Source: a virus (Duplodnaviria > Caudoviricetes). Taken from it: 58,695 nucleotides of DNA. Numbering within the stretch: position 1 is the first letter of the stretch; each line of letters opens with the position of its first letter. This document shows, in pieces, positions 20,155-29,891 of this stretch. The stretch covers positions 1 to 58,695 of IMG/VR virus record IMGVR_UViG_3300034175_000127. The stretch is one strand, 5' to 3'. Below the pieces are notes generated by a model. That model made no database searches. It saw only the letters and a list, made by a program, of their open reading frames with translations, and was not told the origin of the DNA. The translations under genes and the position numbers were made by a program.

Positions 20155-20973
20155 TTATTTCCTGAGCATAAGCTCTGCATTCCAATCTTTAGCGTGAGGA
20201 GGCGCGTAACGTTTGACGCGCGCGCCTGCTTTCTCGAGAAGCGGTTTCCACACTTCGAAATCCGTGTCTCCCTGCTCATCATTGTCGCTAGCGATCAACA
20301 CGACTTTCCCGCTCGCGGCAGCAGGTAGCCAGTCCGGAAGGCCAGAGCCGCACGTCGCTACGGCTGGGATGTCGAAAAGTAGCAGTGACATCGCATCGAT
20401 GGGCGCTTCGGTGATGGCGAAATCACCGGTCAGTGCGTAGGGTGTGGAAAAAACGCCCGTCATTTTCGGGCCTTTGGTGATTTTGGCATCGCCCCGAATC
20501 GCGCGGCCCTGAACGGCAACTATTTGCCCTGCACTGTTCTTTATGTCGAACAGCACCGAAGCGCGACCAAACCACGAACCAGCGAACCGGACGCCACACG
20601 AAAACGCGATGTCATGCGGGATGCCGCGGCCTTCCAAATACTTCTGTCCCGGACTGCCATAGAGCGGCCCTACGACGGATTTCTCCATCACTTGCTCTAA
20701 AGACAATTTGGGTTTTAAGTTCTTTGGTGGCTTGGGCGCGCGAAACAGACCTTGCCGCGACTCTTCGCCCAGTTTTCCGCCCTGGTTGCATCTGTGGCAC
20801 GTCCAACACCCCTGCGACACATCAGCGTCCAGACTGCGCTTTTCCTTGCCAGTGCAAACACCGGGCATCGGGCAAAGGAATCGGCGACGTGGCCAACCAG
20901 CGGGCGCACCCGGGTCAAAGGCTTCGAGGTCAGCGAGGGCGATCATTTTCATGACTAAAGCTCGTTTTCCCAA
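20155..20973 (-). CDS. Zn-finger + TOPRIM primase-like protein
   Basis: CP...C...CHRC zinc motif, YLEGRGI, TEAPIDAMS, SDNDEQG, KDWN. Confidence 0.8.
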   Translation of the reverse strand: MGKRALVMKMIALADLEAFDPGAPAGWPRRRFLCPMPGVCTGKEKRSLDADVSQGCWTCHRCNQGGKLGEESRQGLFRAPKPPKNLKPKLSLEQVMEKSVVGPLYGSPGQKYLEGRGIPHDIAFSCGVRFAGSWFGRASVLFDIKNSAGQIVAVQGRAIRGDAKITKGPKMTGVFSTPYALTGDFAITEAPIDAMSLLLFDIPAVATCGSGLPDWLPAAASGKVVLIASDNDEQGDTDFEVWKPLLEKAGARVKRYAPPHAKDWNAELMLRK

Positions 20974-21545
20974 AAATCGTCTTCATCTTCCTTTTCCATT
21001 TGTTCCAAGGTTTTGCCGGGATCGGCGGGGCTTTCTTCGGCCCAGCGTTCAGTGACAGCTTCTACCGCAGCTTGTAATTCGTCATTGTCGAGCGGGTCAA
21101 CGACATAAATAACCGTTGCGATAGTGGAACCGTCGCTCCGATTCATCGCGAGAGCCATAGAACCGGCGTTCATTTTCCGCATGAAATGAATCGCATCGGC
21201 GGGGCGCAGGATCAAGATTTCTTCGATTTTGGGGTCTCGTGGAACAATACCGAACTCACGCTCAATTCGCTCCGCTTCGGCGATGCCAAGGGCCACGGCT
21301 TTGATGAGGTCACGCACGCGGGCGCGGGCTTCAAGTTCGGTAGAAACATCATATTCGAGCGCACCTTCGGCCCTCGGCCTATAGGTCTCTGAGTCGAAAG
21401 GCCAACTATCACGCTCGCCGCTAAGATAAGAAATCGCAGCGCGAGCGAGTTCACCCTTTTTGTGTCCGTCATCATGCTCCGGCGTATAGCCTTTGCGGGT
21501 CTTTTGTTCGGCACGTTCGAGTGCCACGCGATCTAGAATGTTCAT
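20955..21545 (-). CDS. Phage 'GYTPEHDD' family protein, paralog 2
   Basis: ALERAEQ...GYTPEHDD...WPF...LIKAVALGIAEAER. Confidence 0.65.
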   Translation of the reverse strand: MNILDRVALERAEQKTRKGYTPEHDDGHKKGELARAAISYLSGERDSWPFDSETYRPRAEGALEYDVSTELEARARVRDLIKAVALGIAEAERIEREFGIVPRDPKIEEILILRPADAIHFMRKMNAGSMALAMNRSDGSTIATVIYVVDPLDNDELQAAVEAVTERWAEESPADPGKTLEQMEKEDEDDFWENEL

Positions 21546-21742
21546 GACTGTCCGATAATCTTGGCGAGACTGGCATTGTCGAAGCGGTCAAACGCGCTTT
21601 TAAGGTTCTGAAAATCAATCCAGTAGGATTTCGCCCACTGGTCATCTTCGTCGCGCTCGATACGCTTGCAGAACTCGCTGTAATCCATATTGCAGTAAGC
21701 CGAAGTGATGGCTCTGCGAACTTCATTGATTTTTTCTTCCAC
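21542..21742 (-). CDS. Hypothetical protein
   Basis: GTG start with AGGAG RBS; overlaps the next gene. Confidence 0.55.
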   Translation of the reverse strand: MEEKINEVRRAITSAYCNMDYSEFCKRIERDEDDQWAKSYWIDFQNLKSAFDRFDNASLAKIIGQS

Positions 21743-21772
21743 GATTGAAACTCCTATTTTGATTGTTCGAAA

Positions 21773-22051
21773 TCACCAAGATACTTCGTCTTCTTGGCGT
21801 GCTCTGTGGTCAAGATGCTTCGCATCCATGCCCGACGCCACTGTGTAGCCTTGACCGCGCAATGCGGCGTAAACCGCTCTTTTCTGCGCGGCGGAAACCG
21901 GCGTGCGGATTCCCTTCAGCGGGTCTTTGATCGACAATTCGCCTTTGTTGGCGGCAGCTTCGATCTTCTTTTTCACAAAAGCAACCAGAACGGTCACGTC
22001 CAAATTTTCATTCTTCTTGTGCGCGAGTTCGCGCGCTTGTTGTGCGTTCAT
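21773..22051 (-). CDS. Hypothetical protein
   Basis: GGAGG RBS; abuts the upstream gene. Confidence 0.6.
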   Translation of the reverse strand: MNAQQARELAHKKNENLDVTVLVAFVKKKIEAAANKGELSIKDPLKGIRTPVSAAQKRAVYAALRGQGYTVASGMDAKHLDHRARQEDEVSW

Positions 22052-22564
22052 CTAAACCTCCAATATCTTGATTTTGTAAAGCGCCATCATCAGATTGCGC
22101 TTGATGACGTAGGCAGACTTCGCCCGAGTCGGTTTGCTCTTGGCATCGACCACGTAGGACTCGCCGGGCTTCATGGCTTTTTGACCGTCCAACGTCGGCA
22201 GGTGAAATGCGCGCTCGACAGTGAAAGCACCATCGGCCTCGTATTGACAGATGCGAACTCCATTCACATCGAGCGCAAACATCAGCTCGCGTTTATCGAC
22301 TTTTAAAGCCGAAATGTAACCTTGATTTTGAAGCAGCAAAAGCTGGTCGGCCATTTTCGCCTCATGCTTTGAGTCGAATTCACCTTGATCATTTTTCACT
22401 TTCTTCGCGCCGAATTTGTTGGGAATCTTCGCACCTGCATCCACTTCGGATTCAACGCGATCCTGAAAATCACGCACGGGAACAGGTTTTTGCAGGCCAC
22501 CATCTGTGGGCAAGCCCATGATTTCCCGCGCTTGCCTTATGTTCATGCCGTTTTTGATTCTCAT
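22052..22564 (-). CDS. DUF1064-like PD-(D/E)XK endonuclease (possible resolvase)
   Basis: NKFGAKK...FDSKHEA...YEADG...VVDAKS motifs. Confidence 0.75.
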   Translation of the reverse strand: MRIKNGMNIRQAREIMGLPTDGGLQKPVPVRDFQDRVESEVDAGAKIPNKFGAKKVKNDQGEFDSKHEAKMADQLLLLQNQGYISALKVDKRELMFALDVNGVRICQYEADGAFTVERAFHLPTLDGQKAMKPGESYVVDAKSKPTRAKSAYVIKRNLMMALYKIKILEV

Positions 22565-22567
22565 GCT

Positions 22568-22885
22568 TCAGGATTTCTCGTTAGCGCAGTGGCCAAAAAA
22601 CACCTGTGATTCGCGCATTTCGCGGGCAATGGTGTTACTTTGTTCCTCAGCCATGTGCGTGTTGCGAATCAGTTGCGCCGTCCTTTCCAGCGTCGCCAAT
22701 ACGATAAATAAGTTGTCGCTCGCGTTCCATAGTGTGGAGCCGGGAATAAGCTGCATATTGTGGTCGAGAAGGCCACCGAGCATTTTCGTCTCCCCTAAGC
22801 GGTCTGGCCAGAGCACAACCGCGCCGATCTGATCTGGAGCGGTTGCAACGATGGCCGCGATTTGGTTCTTGATTTCTTCTTCCAT
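22568..22885 (-). CDS. Hypothetical protein
   Basis: ORF in the operon; ATG next to the upstream stop. Confidence 0.5.
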   Translation of the reverse strand: MEEEIKNQIAAIVATAPDQIGAVVLWPDRLGETKMLGGLLDHNMQLIPGSTLWNASDNLFIVLATLERTAQLIRNTHMAEEQSNTIAREMRESQVFFGHCANEKS

Positions 22886-22886
22886 A

Positions 22887-23021
22887 TCAAATCCAGTGGT
22901 CGGGGTTGTCGTCCCACATCGCAAACTCTTTGTTGCTGTGGGTCAGGCACATCAACAAAACCCCCAATACGATGGCAGTAATCACGACGGGCAGAAACAC
23001 CCAGTGCAAAAATGTTTTCAT
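22887..23021 (-). CDS. 44-aa single-TM protein (below the ORF-track cutoff)
   Basis: MKTFLHWVFLPVVITAIVLGVLLMCLTH...; fills the gap between flanking genes with start/stop coupling. Confidence 0.5.
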   Translation of the reverse strand: MKTFLHWVFLPVVITAIVLGVLLMCLTHSNKEFAMWDDNPDHWI

Positions 23022-23236
23022 GGTTGATCGGGGAAAAAAGCGGCTTCAAAAGTGGTGTTCAGTGACGCCACTTGTAAAACGAGGGCATGGAGAGCCAACA
23101 AAATTGCGGCATTGGATTGAACCAACGCAATCGTAGCGGGATCAGCCAGACCAGCGGCCTTTTGAGATTCCTGAGCCAATTTGGAGGATTCTTGCAGCTT
23201 TTCACCAATAGGTGTGGCTAGAGAAATTGTTTTCAT
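23018..23236 (-). CDS. Hypothetical protein
   Basis: ORF coupled to the downstream gene. Confidence 0.5.
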   Translation of the reverse strand: MKTISLATPIGEKLQESSKLAQESQKAAGLADPATIALVQSNAAILLALHALVLQVASLNTTFEAAFFPDQP

Positions 23237-23365
23237 GGTTTGTTTTCTCGCCAGTAGCGGCGATTTAAATAAAGCGTTTGGCGCTCGCGTATCTGGCCTT
23301 TGAGCCATGCGCGAGCGCCAAACATTTGAATGTTAGACCAGGCTCGTTCTATCTCTGCGAGCCAA

Positions 23366-23569
23366 TTAGCCTTTGGTGCCAACGGCGGCTTTGAAGGTGA
23401 CGATTTGTTTTCCGTCCTTTTCTTCAACGTTGATGCTGGCATTGGTAAGTTGGGGAAAATGCGAGGCGTGATGTTTTTTCACAGCTTCGTTGGTCATGGA
23501 CTTGTCCGGCAGTTCGAGGCGTTGTCCATTGAACATGAACACGCGGGGCAGGGTAGTTTTTTCGGCCAT
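23366..23569 (-). CDS. Ubiquitin-like protein, PRTRC system protein C
   Basis: 67 aa, RVFMFNG...LPD...FPQLTNA...FKAAVGTKG ending in a free Gly; ATG overlaps the ParB-like stop. Confidence 0.85.
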   Translation of the reverse strand: MAEKTTLPRVFMFNGQRLELPDKSMTNEAVKKHHASHFPQLTNASINVEEKDGKQIVTFKAAVGTKG

Positions 23570-25476
23570 CAGTCAGCTTCCTCCTCGGAATCATCTACAT
23601 CGGTGGGCACGGCGCGCCCTTCCAGTTCAGCGATCATGTTTTCGGGTTCGATTCCCGCGCCTTCACACGCCACGTGAAAGCGTCGATACAGCGCACAGAC
23701 AGTCGCTACATTCAAATCGTGTTCGTCCAACCAGTCTGCTTCAGCGCCTGGGATGGTCGCTGTCATATCGGGGCTGGAGCTTTCGATAGGCGGCGCGGGT
23801 TTGGGCGTAGCTTTCGGCGCCGGCTTGAGGTTCTGGCCTTCACTGCTGGCGGTCGCAAAGCCAACGCCCTGGCTTACTGGTGGCGTGCTGGCCACACCGC
23901 CAACGCCCGCTTTTTGCGCGGGCGATTCGTGCGCGCGGCTTTCAAGCTGTTTGTCGTTCTCGCTCTTTTCCGGTGCTTCGTTGGCAGCATCACCGGCGCC
24001 GTCTTGGGCTACTGGCGTAGCGGCGCTTGTCCGCATTTGTAGCACGAGGAATTCGCCCTGATCGGTTAGTTTGAAATGGTGGCGCCCGTCTTTTTCTTCA
24101 TCAGTCACAAAGCGCGGTTGCAGAGCTACAAGCATCGCCGCGACGTTCGCAGGGCTGACATCGATTTCTTCGGCACTGCGCGCGATAGTCGAATTAGGAT
24201 GAAAATCGAGAGTCTTGAGAATTCGCTTTTGCTCGAAGCTGAGTTCGATGGTGCCGCTGAGAGGTGCAGCCATTACAGAGGTTTCATTTTGACTGTTTGC
24301 GCGTGCCTTTTGATCTGCAAGCAATTCAGTGCCTCGCAACGACAAAAGCAAACTTTCGCCTTGATCGGTCAGCGCAAACGTATTGTCTTCAACAACAACT
24401 AACCCTCTGGAACCCAACTCCGCTACAATGAGGCTGACTTTACCTTCCGGAATCTGTGTTTCTTCGGAGATGCTGGCCACGTCTGAATCTTGGTCAGCAC
24501 CAATAGCAACTAACACCTTTGATTCAAGAACAAGGAGTTCTTCGTCGACACTTTGCGAAGCTGCTTCCAATTGTGTCTGGGCTGGCTCTGCTTTCGGGAT
24601 TTTGGGCAGCTTTTTGACGTTGAAATCGAGGTGAATTGTCTCGGTCATGCCATCCGGTAAAACAACCAGATATTTTGGATGGACTTCTTTGACGGTCCCG
24701 AAAATCTTCGCATCCGGTGCGAGCTTCGACTTCCATTCAATGCGATCATCTGACTCGAAGACCGAAACCAGCGGCGCGCCTTTGCGTTCAACGCCACCGG
24801 CTGGCTCTTCGATTAGCTTCGGTTGCTCGCCGGCGGATTTCGCTTTTTCGGCAGCGTCCAAGCTTTCACGGACGGGCGCAACTTCCGCATCAAGACGGCG
24901 TGATGACCACTGCTCATCAGCGCATCTCTGGCCCAAAACCTCAACGGCGGTTTTGTCTTCGATGATGCTGCACAGAGTTTTAGCGTGGGTTTCAGTAATT
25001 TGGCCGCGCGTGAGCAGATCCAGCACGCTTGCGGGCAAGGCCAACAATCGCATCCGGTTGGAGACGACGGGCGCTGAAACCTTGTATTCCTCGGCAACTT
25101 GAACATTCGTTTTCCCGAAATGCTCAATCAAGTTGCGATAGCCGATGGCGATTTCCACGACGTTGAAAGAAACGTGTTCCGTGTCAGATTTGAGGGCGAG
25201 CGTCGCCATTTGCAAATCCGAATAGTCGCCAACTTCGGCATCGCAAAACTCCCATTGGAGATGTCTGAAAGCACGCACACGGCGCTCGCCATTCAGAATC
25301 TGGTGGGTGCCATCGCCGTTTGGAGTGGGACGCGCCACGATTCTATGGAGCAATCCATCATTAGCGATGCTGTCGGCCAGGGAGTCGATGTCATCGAACA
25401 ACTGGCGGGGCTGAAAAGGGTTGGGCAGAATGTCTGCAACGCGCAACCGCACTATTTTGGTGGGTGTCTGGCTCAT
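23569..25476 (-). CDS. Large ParB/Spo0J-like protein with C-terminal winged-helix-like repeats
   Basis: PNPFQPRQLF, LADSI...GLLHRIVAR, NGERRVRA, VSNRMRLLALP; two ...LTDQGE wHTH-like units. Confidence 0.85.
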   Translation of the reverse strand: MSQTPTKIVRLRVADILPNPFQPRQLFDDIDSLADSIANDGLLHRIVARPTPNGDGTHQILNGERRVRAFRHLQWEFCDAEVGDYSDLQMATLALKSDTEHVSFNVVEIAIGYRNLIEHFGKTNVQVAEEYKVSAPVVSNRMRLLALPASVLDLLTRGQITETHAKTLCSIIEDKTAVEVLGQRCADEQWSSRRLDAEVAPVRESLDAAEKAKSAGEQPKLIEEPAGGVERKGAPLVSVFESDDRIEWKSKLAPDAKIFGTVKEVHPKYLVVLPDGMTETIHLDFNVKKLPKIPKAEPAQTQLEAASQSVDEELLVLESKVLVAIGADQDSDVASISEETQIPEGKVSLIVAELGSRGLVVVEDNTFALTDQGESLLLSLRGTELLADQKARANSQNETSVMAAPLSGTIELSFEQKRILKTLDFHPNSTIARSAEEIDVSPANVAAMLVALQPRFVTDEEKDGRHHFKLTDQGEFLVLQMRTSAATPVAQDGAGDAANEAPEKSENDKQLESRAHESPAQKAGVGGVASTPPVSQGVGFATASSEGQNLKPAPKATPKPAPPIESSSPDMTATIPGAEADWLDEHDLNVATVCALYRRFHVACEGAGIEPENMIAELEGRAVPTDVDDSEEEAD

Positions 25477-26789
25477 TCGGCCTCCTCGACTTCAGCGGCA
25501 GCGGTCGGGAGCGGCCCCCAGGAAAGAAGTTTGAAATTCACTTCGGTCATAACTTTGAACGCGAGCGCGGGCGTCAAATCGTTGAATGACTCGATACCAT
25601 CATGTCCATGCGCTTTGAGGAAGCGACTCACCACATCGATGCGTTCCGCGCGAAACTGGGCCGCCATGGAAAGTCCTTGCTGTTCACACGCAATAATCAG
25701 CTTTTGAACTGCACTTGAGATTCTGCGTTTGGGCGGCGTGGCCTCGCCTGCTGGCGCTGATTCGACTGGGGCCGGTTCGGAAGCGATTTCGGGTTCAAGG
25801 ACAACCTCTGCTTCAGGAATGGTCTCGGCATCGGTGGTCTCACCGTCAACCGGAGCGGTTTCGCTGACTTCACCCTCGGCCACATCGTCTTCTGTGGCTT
25901 CTTCCACGCCTTCATCCATCGCTTCGGCGTAGTCTTTTGTCCGCTCAGCTAAAACGCGTTCGACTTCGGCGCGCATTTCAGGCCGGACAGCTGCGCCACC
26001 ATCCCAACGCTTGATGCATCCTTCGAGAAACTCGGTAGGGCAATCAGCTGGAGTGCGACCTGCACATGCACCTTTTTTAAACGTCAGGGAATTTTCAGTA
26101 GATGCAGTGGCCGTAGATGGAGCTGGGGACGTTTTGGGAGTCGTCACTTTTTGGCGACCAGACGGTGGCTCAGGTGCCGAAGCGACAACAGCGTTACCAG
26201 CCACATCGGTTTCAGTTTCTAACTCGTCAGGTGTGTAATAAGTTTGGCTAAAGACATCTGGGGCAAATCGTCTCATGCCCCGTGAAATGACGCGAGCGAA
26301 GAGCATATCGCTAGGTGTCCGTTGCCAATTGGCTTTGGGTTTTCCATAACCGTTGCTGGTCAGGCCCGCTGCTGTTGCCTCTTCTATTGTCATTCCAAGT
26401 GTTCCGACGCTTTGACCTTCCTCGAAAAATTCAAGTTGGCAATCAAAGTCATTGGAAACAATGATTCTGAAGTCGTATTTCTTCGACTTTTTGATAGCAG
26501 CGGCCATGATGCCCGCGCCGATGGATGGTTTGCCTTCAATGACATGAATGCCTGTCATTGAGGCTATCGGACTTATGCCGATTTCTTGGCCGAAAAGCAC
26601 TTTGACGATAGCCTGTGATTCACTTTTTGCGTCTGAAAAATAGCCACTTTTGGCCAAATGAGAGGCTAAAGTAATAATGTCCAAGCCGGGATACAGCGGT
26701 TGTATAGAAGGCTGGCCTAACTGTGGCATGACGAGCATATCGCCAGCGGATACACGGGCCAATTGTTGATTCTGGCTCATATTATTCAA
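25473..26789 (-). CDS. RecT-like single-strand annealing recombinase
   Basis: VKVLFGQEIGISP...GIHVIEGKP, NWQRTPSDMLFAR...FAPDV; adjacent to the exonuclease. Confidence 0.8.
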   Translation of the reverse strand: MNNMSQNQQLARVSAGDMLVMPQLGQPSIQPLYPGLDIITLASHLAKSGYFSDAKSESQAIVKVLFGQEIGISPIASMTGIHVIEGKPSIGAGIMAAAIKKSKKYDFRIIVSNDFDCQLEFFEEGQSVGTLGMTIEEATAAGLTSNGYGKPKANWQRTPSDMLFARVISRGMRRFAPDVFSQTYYTPDELETETDVAGNAVVASAPEPPSGRQKVTTPKTSPAPSTATASTENSLTFKKGACAGRTPADCPTEFLEGCIKRWDGGAAVRPEMRAEVERVLAERTKDYAEAMDEGVEEATEDDVAEGEVSETAPVDGETTDAETIPEAEVVLEPEIASEPAPVESAPAGEATPPKRRISSAVQKLIIACEQQGLSMAAQFRAERIDVVSRFLKAHGHDGIESFNDLTPALAFKVMTEVNFKLLSWGPLPTAAAEVEEAE

Positions 26790-27945
26790 GTTCCTCCAGG
26801 GGTTTTACGAGAGCGAGGCTTTGCGATACGGATAAGGTGACTGCGCCGACTGCACGCAAATCTTCCATCATCGCATTGGCGGCAGCGGTTTTTTCGCCTC
26901 TTGGCGCCGCACTTTTCACTGTTTCGAGCAACCTCGTTTTGTTGATGTCGCACACGGCAAACATCTGATCTTCTGAAAGTTGGGTCTGCATTACCTTTGC
27001 GGATTCTGGTGTAAGCGCAATGGTTTCGCGGTTCATCGGGCGCAGGTCGAGCACTTTGCCTGTGTCAGTGAGAATTGGGCCGCCACCAAAAACGAATTGC
27101 TTTATGGCCATCTTCACATCTTCCACGCGTTTGCCCAGTGCTTGGGCTACGAAATACAATTCGGCAGCATTGTCGGGCGTGATTTCAAACGATTCACCGC
27201 TTTCCTTTGCCATGACAAATAGGCCAGCCTGATTGTGAAGTTGGGGGCACCTCGAAACGGGACAGTAGTGACACTGCTCGCCAATGCGTAGTACACCTCT
27301 GAGCGCTTCACTTCCGGCGATCACCAAGGTTTCTTGCCAAGCCTGAAGCTGGTCGAGTGTGAATGTCTCGCTGTCTATAACTCCTTCGCGAAGCCAAAGT
27401 ATGGAAACAATCACTCGGTCTATCGCGGCTTCTGAGGTAGAAGCAAAACGTTCATACGCCAACATCGCGTAGGTTTTAAGCTGTGCGCCGTAGTCGCCTT
27501 CACGCCAGCCTGATTTCCAGTCGCCAACGCGGATCGAGCCATCGCCCGGCAGCGATATTATGTCCGCGTGCCCCGTGATTTCTAGGTCGATTGCTGTGCC
27601 GTCGCCGACAGGAACATCTAAAACGGTGCAAAGTTCGACTTCCGCCTCAGGTTCTGGAAAAAATTGTTGGCATTTCTGCCAGAGGTTCGATGCTGCCCAG
27701 CTGAGCTTGATTAGTTCGGTCTTATCAACATCGTGAGCAGCGGCCACGACATCCACACTGGCGGGCATCCCGTATATTATGCGCTCGCAGCAATCGTGAA
27801 CTGCGGTTCCCAAACGGGCTGGGGCGGACGTGGATTCAAAGGTGGGAAGCATCATTGAACCCGGACATTTGGTGACACGCGGCGTTGAACTGGCACGCAA
27901 TGTCAGGTGCGGTGGTGAAAAAATTTGGTGTGGTTGGAGCGGCAT
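26782..27945 (-). CDS. PD-(D/E)XK Cas4/RecB-like exonuclease
   Basis: CPGS, GTAVH, GHAD, DWKSG, QLKTYA, CHYCP. Confidence 0.85.
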   Translation of the reverse strand: MPLQPHQIFSPPHLTLRASSTPRVTKCPGSMMLPTFESTSAPARLGTAVHDCCERIIYGMPASVDVVAAAHDVDKTELIKLSWAASNLWQKCQQFFPEPEAEVELCTVLDVPVGDGTAIDLEITGHADIISLPGDGSIRVGDWKSGWREGDYGAQLKTYAMLAYERFASTSEAAIDRVIVSILWLREGVIDSETFTLDQLQAWQETLVIAGSEALRGVLRIGEQCHYCPVSRCPQLHNQAGLFVMAKESGESFEITPDNAAELYFVAQALGKRVEDVKMAIKQFVFGGGPILTDTGKVLDLRPMNRETIALTPESAKVMQTQLSEDQMFAVCDINKTRLLETVKSAAPRGEKTAAANAMMEDLRAVGAVTLSVSQSLALVKPLEELE

Positions 27946-27951
27946 AAGTCC

Positions 27952-28380
27952 TCAGTTTTTTGACAAAACTACTTTGTCTAGAGGGCTTTTTGGCACCTGG
28001 TTGTAATACCGTTGGTGCAGTCTGGTTAGTTCGTTTTGGACAATGGAAAGCTGATTCTGAGCTTCAATGCGAAGGGTGTCAGCTTGCACAATTCCGGTTG
28101 CTAATTGGTGATTCAATCCGAGAAGTTCATTAGTTGATTTGTTGGCTTCCGCAATGCAGCGGTCTTTATCTTTCAATTCCGCCTTTTGCTTACGAATGTC
28201 GGCACACAAGTCCGTGATTTTCTCGGTCAATCTATCGTTGTCTTCGCACTTGTCGAGGATGATTTCTTCCTGCTGATGCACTTTGCAAAGCAGGTAATAC
28301 GCCATACAGCCAAGTGCGGACGCTATTATGAGGGTGAGGATCTGATAGATCATCTTGTCAAAACTCTCCTTGGCAGCCAA
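27952..28380 (-). CDS. Membrane-anchored coiled-coil protein
   Basis: N-terminal TM followed by a heptad-rich region; start uncertain. Confidence 0.55.
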   Translation of the reverse strand: MAAKESFDKMIYQILTLIIASALGCMAYYLLCKVHQQEEIILDKCEDNDRLTEKITDLCADIRKQKAELKDKDRCIAEANKSTNELLGLNHQLATGIVQADTLRIEAQNQLSIVQNELTRLHQRYYNQVPKSPLDKVVLSKN

Positions 28381-28398
28381 GGCCGCCGGTTGTTGTGG

Positions 28399-28614
28399 TT
28401 ATTGACGCGGAATCATTCTGATTTGCAGGTCGCAGGCTGGTAAATTGCCGCCGTGCTCTGCTTTGAGCAGCTTGATTTGGCTTTCTAAGTCGCGTCCGAT
28501 GCGTTCCAGCAAAGCCGTGGTTGCGAGTCGTTTGCCCTCTATGCTCTGGGCTGCGTCGACTATCGCGGTTTTTAGGCTTTCGTCGATGTTTGCTGCCACA
28601 ATTTCTCTTCCCAT
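28399..28614 (-). CDS. First gene of the leftward operon (Cro position), hypothetical
   Basis: GGGAGG RBS; divergent from the repressor-like gene. Confidence 0.6.
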   Translation of the reverse strand: MGREIVAANIDESLKTAIVDAAQSIEGKRLATTALLERIGRDLESQIKLLKAEHGGNLPACDLQIRMIPRQ

Positions 28615-28633
28615 TTTCCCTCCCGTGTAGGTT

Positions 28634-28785
28634 TATAATCAGTCAAGAAAAATAATTGATTGATTAATTGTGTCAAATCATACGCCCGTAATTGATTATC
28701 GTCAAGTGCTTCTTGACTGATTTTCGACTTTTTTTTCTTAATTGATTATGCTTTGTGGAAATCAATTGAATAATTGATTGATTCT
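28634..28785. promoter_or_regulatory. Immunity/control region: leftward promoter and clustered operator-like motifs
   Basis: Minus-strand TTGACG(28700-28705)-17-TATGAT(28677-28682); TATAATCAGTCAAG at 28634, CTTGACTGATT at 28712, and four TAATTGATT motifs. Confidence 0.75.
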
Positions 28786-28829
28786 CACAGGGAAAAACGC
28801 GATGAATTATGAAAAAGGGGGAAAAACTG

Positions 28830-29561
28830 ATGGCCAGAGTCACATACACCTGCAAAGTCTGCGGCCATCAGTGGCACCCGCGTAAAGCGGCATTGCCAGA
28901 GGTTTGCCCAAACCGCAAATGCCACTCGGCCTATTGGCAAGAAGGGCCACAACGCGCCTCGCGCGCTGAATCGCTCGCCAAAGCGAAGGCTAAACGTGAA
29001 TTGGAGCAAAGCGTTCTGGCAAAACGAGTCCCTGTCTCGCAGAAAGTGCGCGAAGCGACCTACTACAAATTAGGTCTTATGCACCCCAAAGATGACGGTT
29101 TAATCACCATTGGCAAGACCAACGCGAACGAGTGGTATGACGCAGGCACCGAGCCGGAAGAGGAATATCCGAAAGCGGGAATGCTCGACTTGCTCTCGTT
29201 CAATAAAGAAACCGACGTCATGTTCGTGGTCAACGAACAGGAGAATTCGGGCATCTGTTTGACCGGAGATGGTATTTACCCCGGCGACATTATCCATTTC
29301 CGGAAGGGCATCCAACCCAATAACGGTGACATCGTGCTGGCAGAAGGCTTCGATATCGAGGGGCACTGGTTTGTTACTGCCAAGCACTATCATGTGCGTG
29401 GTCTGCGCTGGAACGGCCTTCCGATCGTGGAGCTCCGGCCCTCAAACCCACGGTGCAAAGTCATCCGCGTTTTTCCACAAAACATTCTGGAAATTAGCGT
29501 CGAAATCTCTCGGACACACCGCAATATCCACAAGCGCAACAGCAGAGGACGGAATAAATGA
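28830..29561 (+). CDS. Repressor-like protein: N-terminal Zn ribbon + LexA/S24 peptidase-like domain
   Basis: CKVCGHQW...CPNRKCHS; GICL...GIYPGD...NGDIVLA...TAKHY...LRPSNP; divergent from the early operon. Confidence 0.75.
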   Translation: MARVTYTCKVCGHQWHPRKAALPEVCPNRKCHSAYWQEGPQRASRAESLAKAKAKRELEQSVLAKRVPVSQKVREATYYKLGLMHPKDDGLITIGKTNANEWYDAGTEPEEEYPKAGMLDLLSFNKETDVMFVVNEQENSGICLTGDGIYPGDIIHFRKGIQPNNGDIVLAEGFDIEGHWFVTAKHYHVRGLRWNGLPIVELRPSNPRCKVIRVFPQNILEISVEISRTHRNIHKRNSRGRNK

Positions 29562-29890
29562 ACAACAAGTTAAAGATTTTCTTGGTCGGCTCACTGATTT
29601 TTGCAAGCGGTTTTGCTGTGGCTCAAACACCAGCCGCGCGCAGTTGGGCAACCACGGTCGCAACGGCGGCCTTTAGTGGCGAAAAGGGCGATGACGAAAA
29701 GTTAGCCAGGGCGTATCAAAGCGCTGCTGGCAATGCGGACCTCACAAAGATGGCGGCGCAACTCGCCTTTAGTTGGGAAGAAAACGCGAAGCCAACTGAA
29801 ACCAGTCTGGCTGTCTTGCAGGTCATGCAAAACCAAAAAATCATTGAGCAAAACGCTCAAATTATCAAGTTGCTTTCCCGCAAGAAATAA
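29558..29890 (+). CDS. Secreted/periplasmic protein with signal peptide (superinfection-exclusion candidate)
   Basis: MNNKLKIFLVGSLIFASGFAVA signal-like N-terminus; co-oriented and overlapping with the repressor gene. Confidence 0.55.
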   Translation: MNNKLKIFLVGSLIFASGFAVAQTPAARSWATTVATAAFSGEKGDDEKLARAYQSAAGNADLTKMAAQLAFSWEENAKPTETSLAVLQVMQNQKIIEQNAQIIKLLSRKK

Positions 29891-29891
29891 G

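Noticed and set aside
26782-27945. Cas4-like nuclease as a CRISPR component
   Set aside because: It is paired with a RecT-like gene as a normal phage recombination module, and no array is present.
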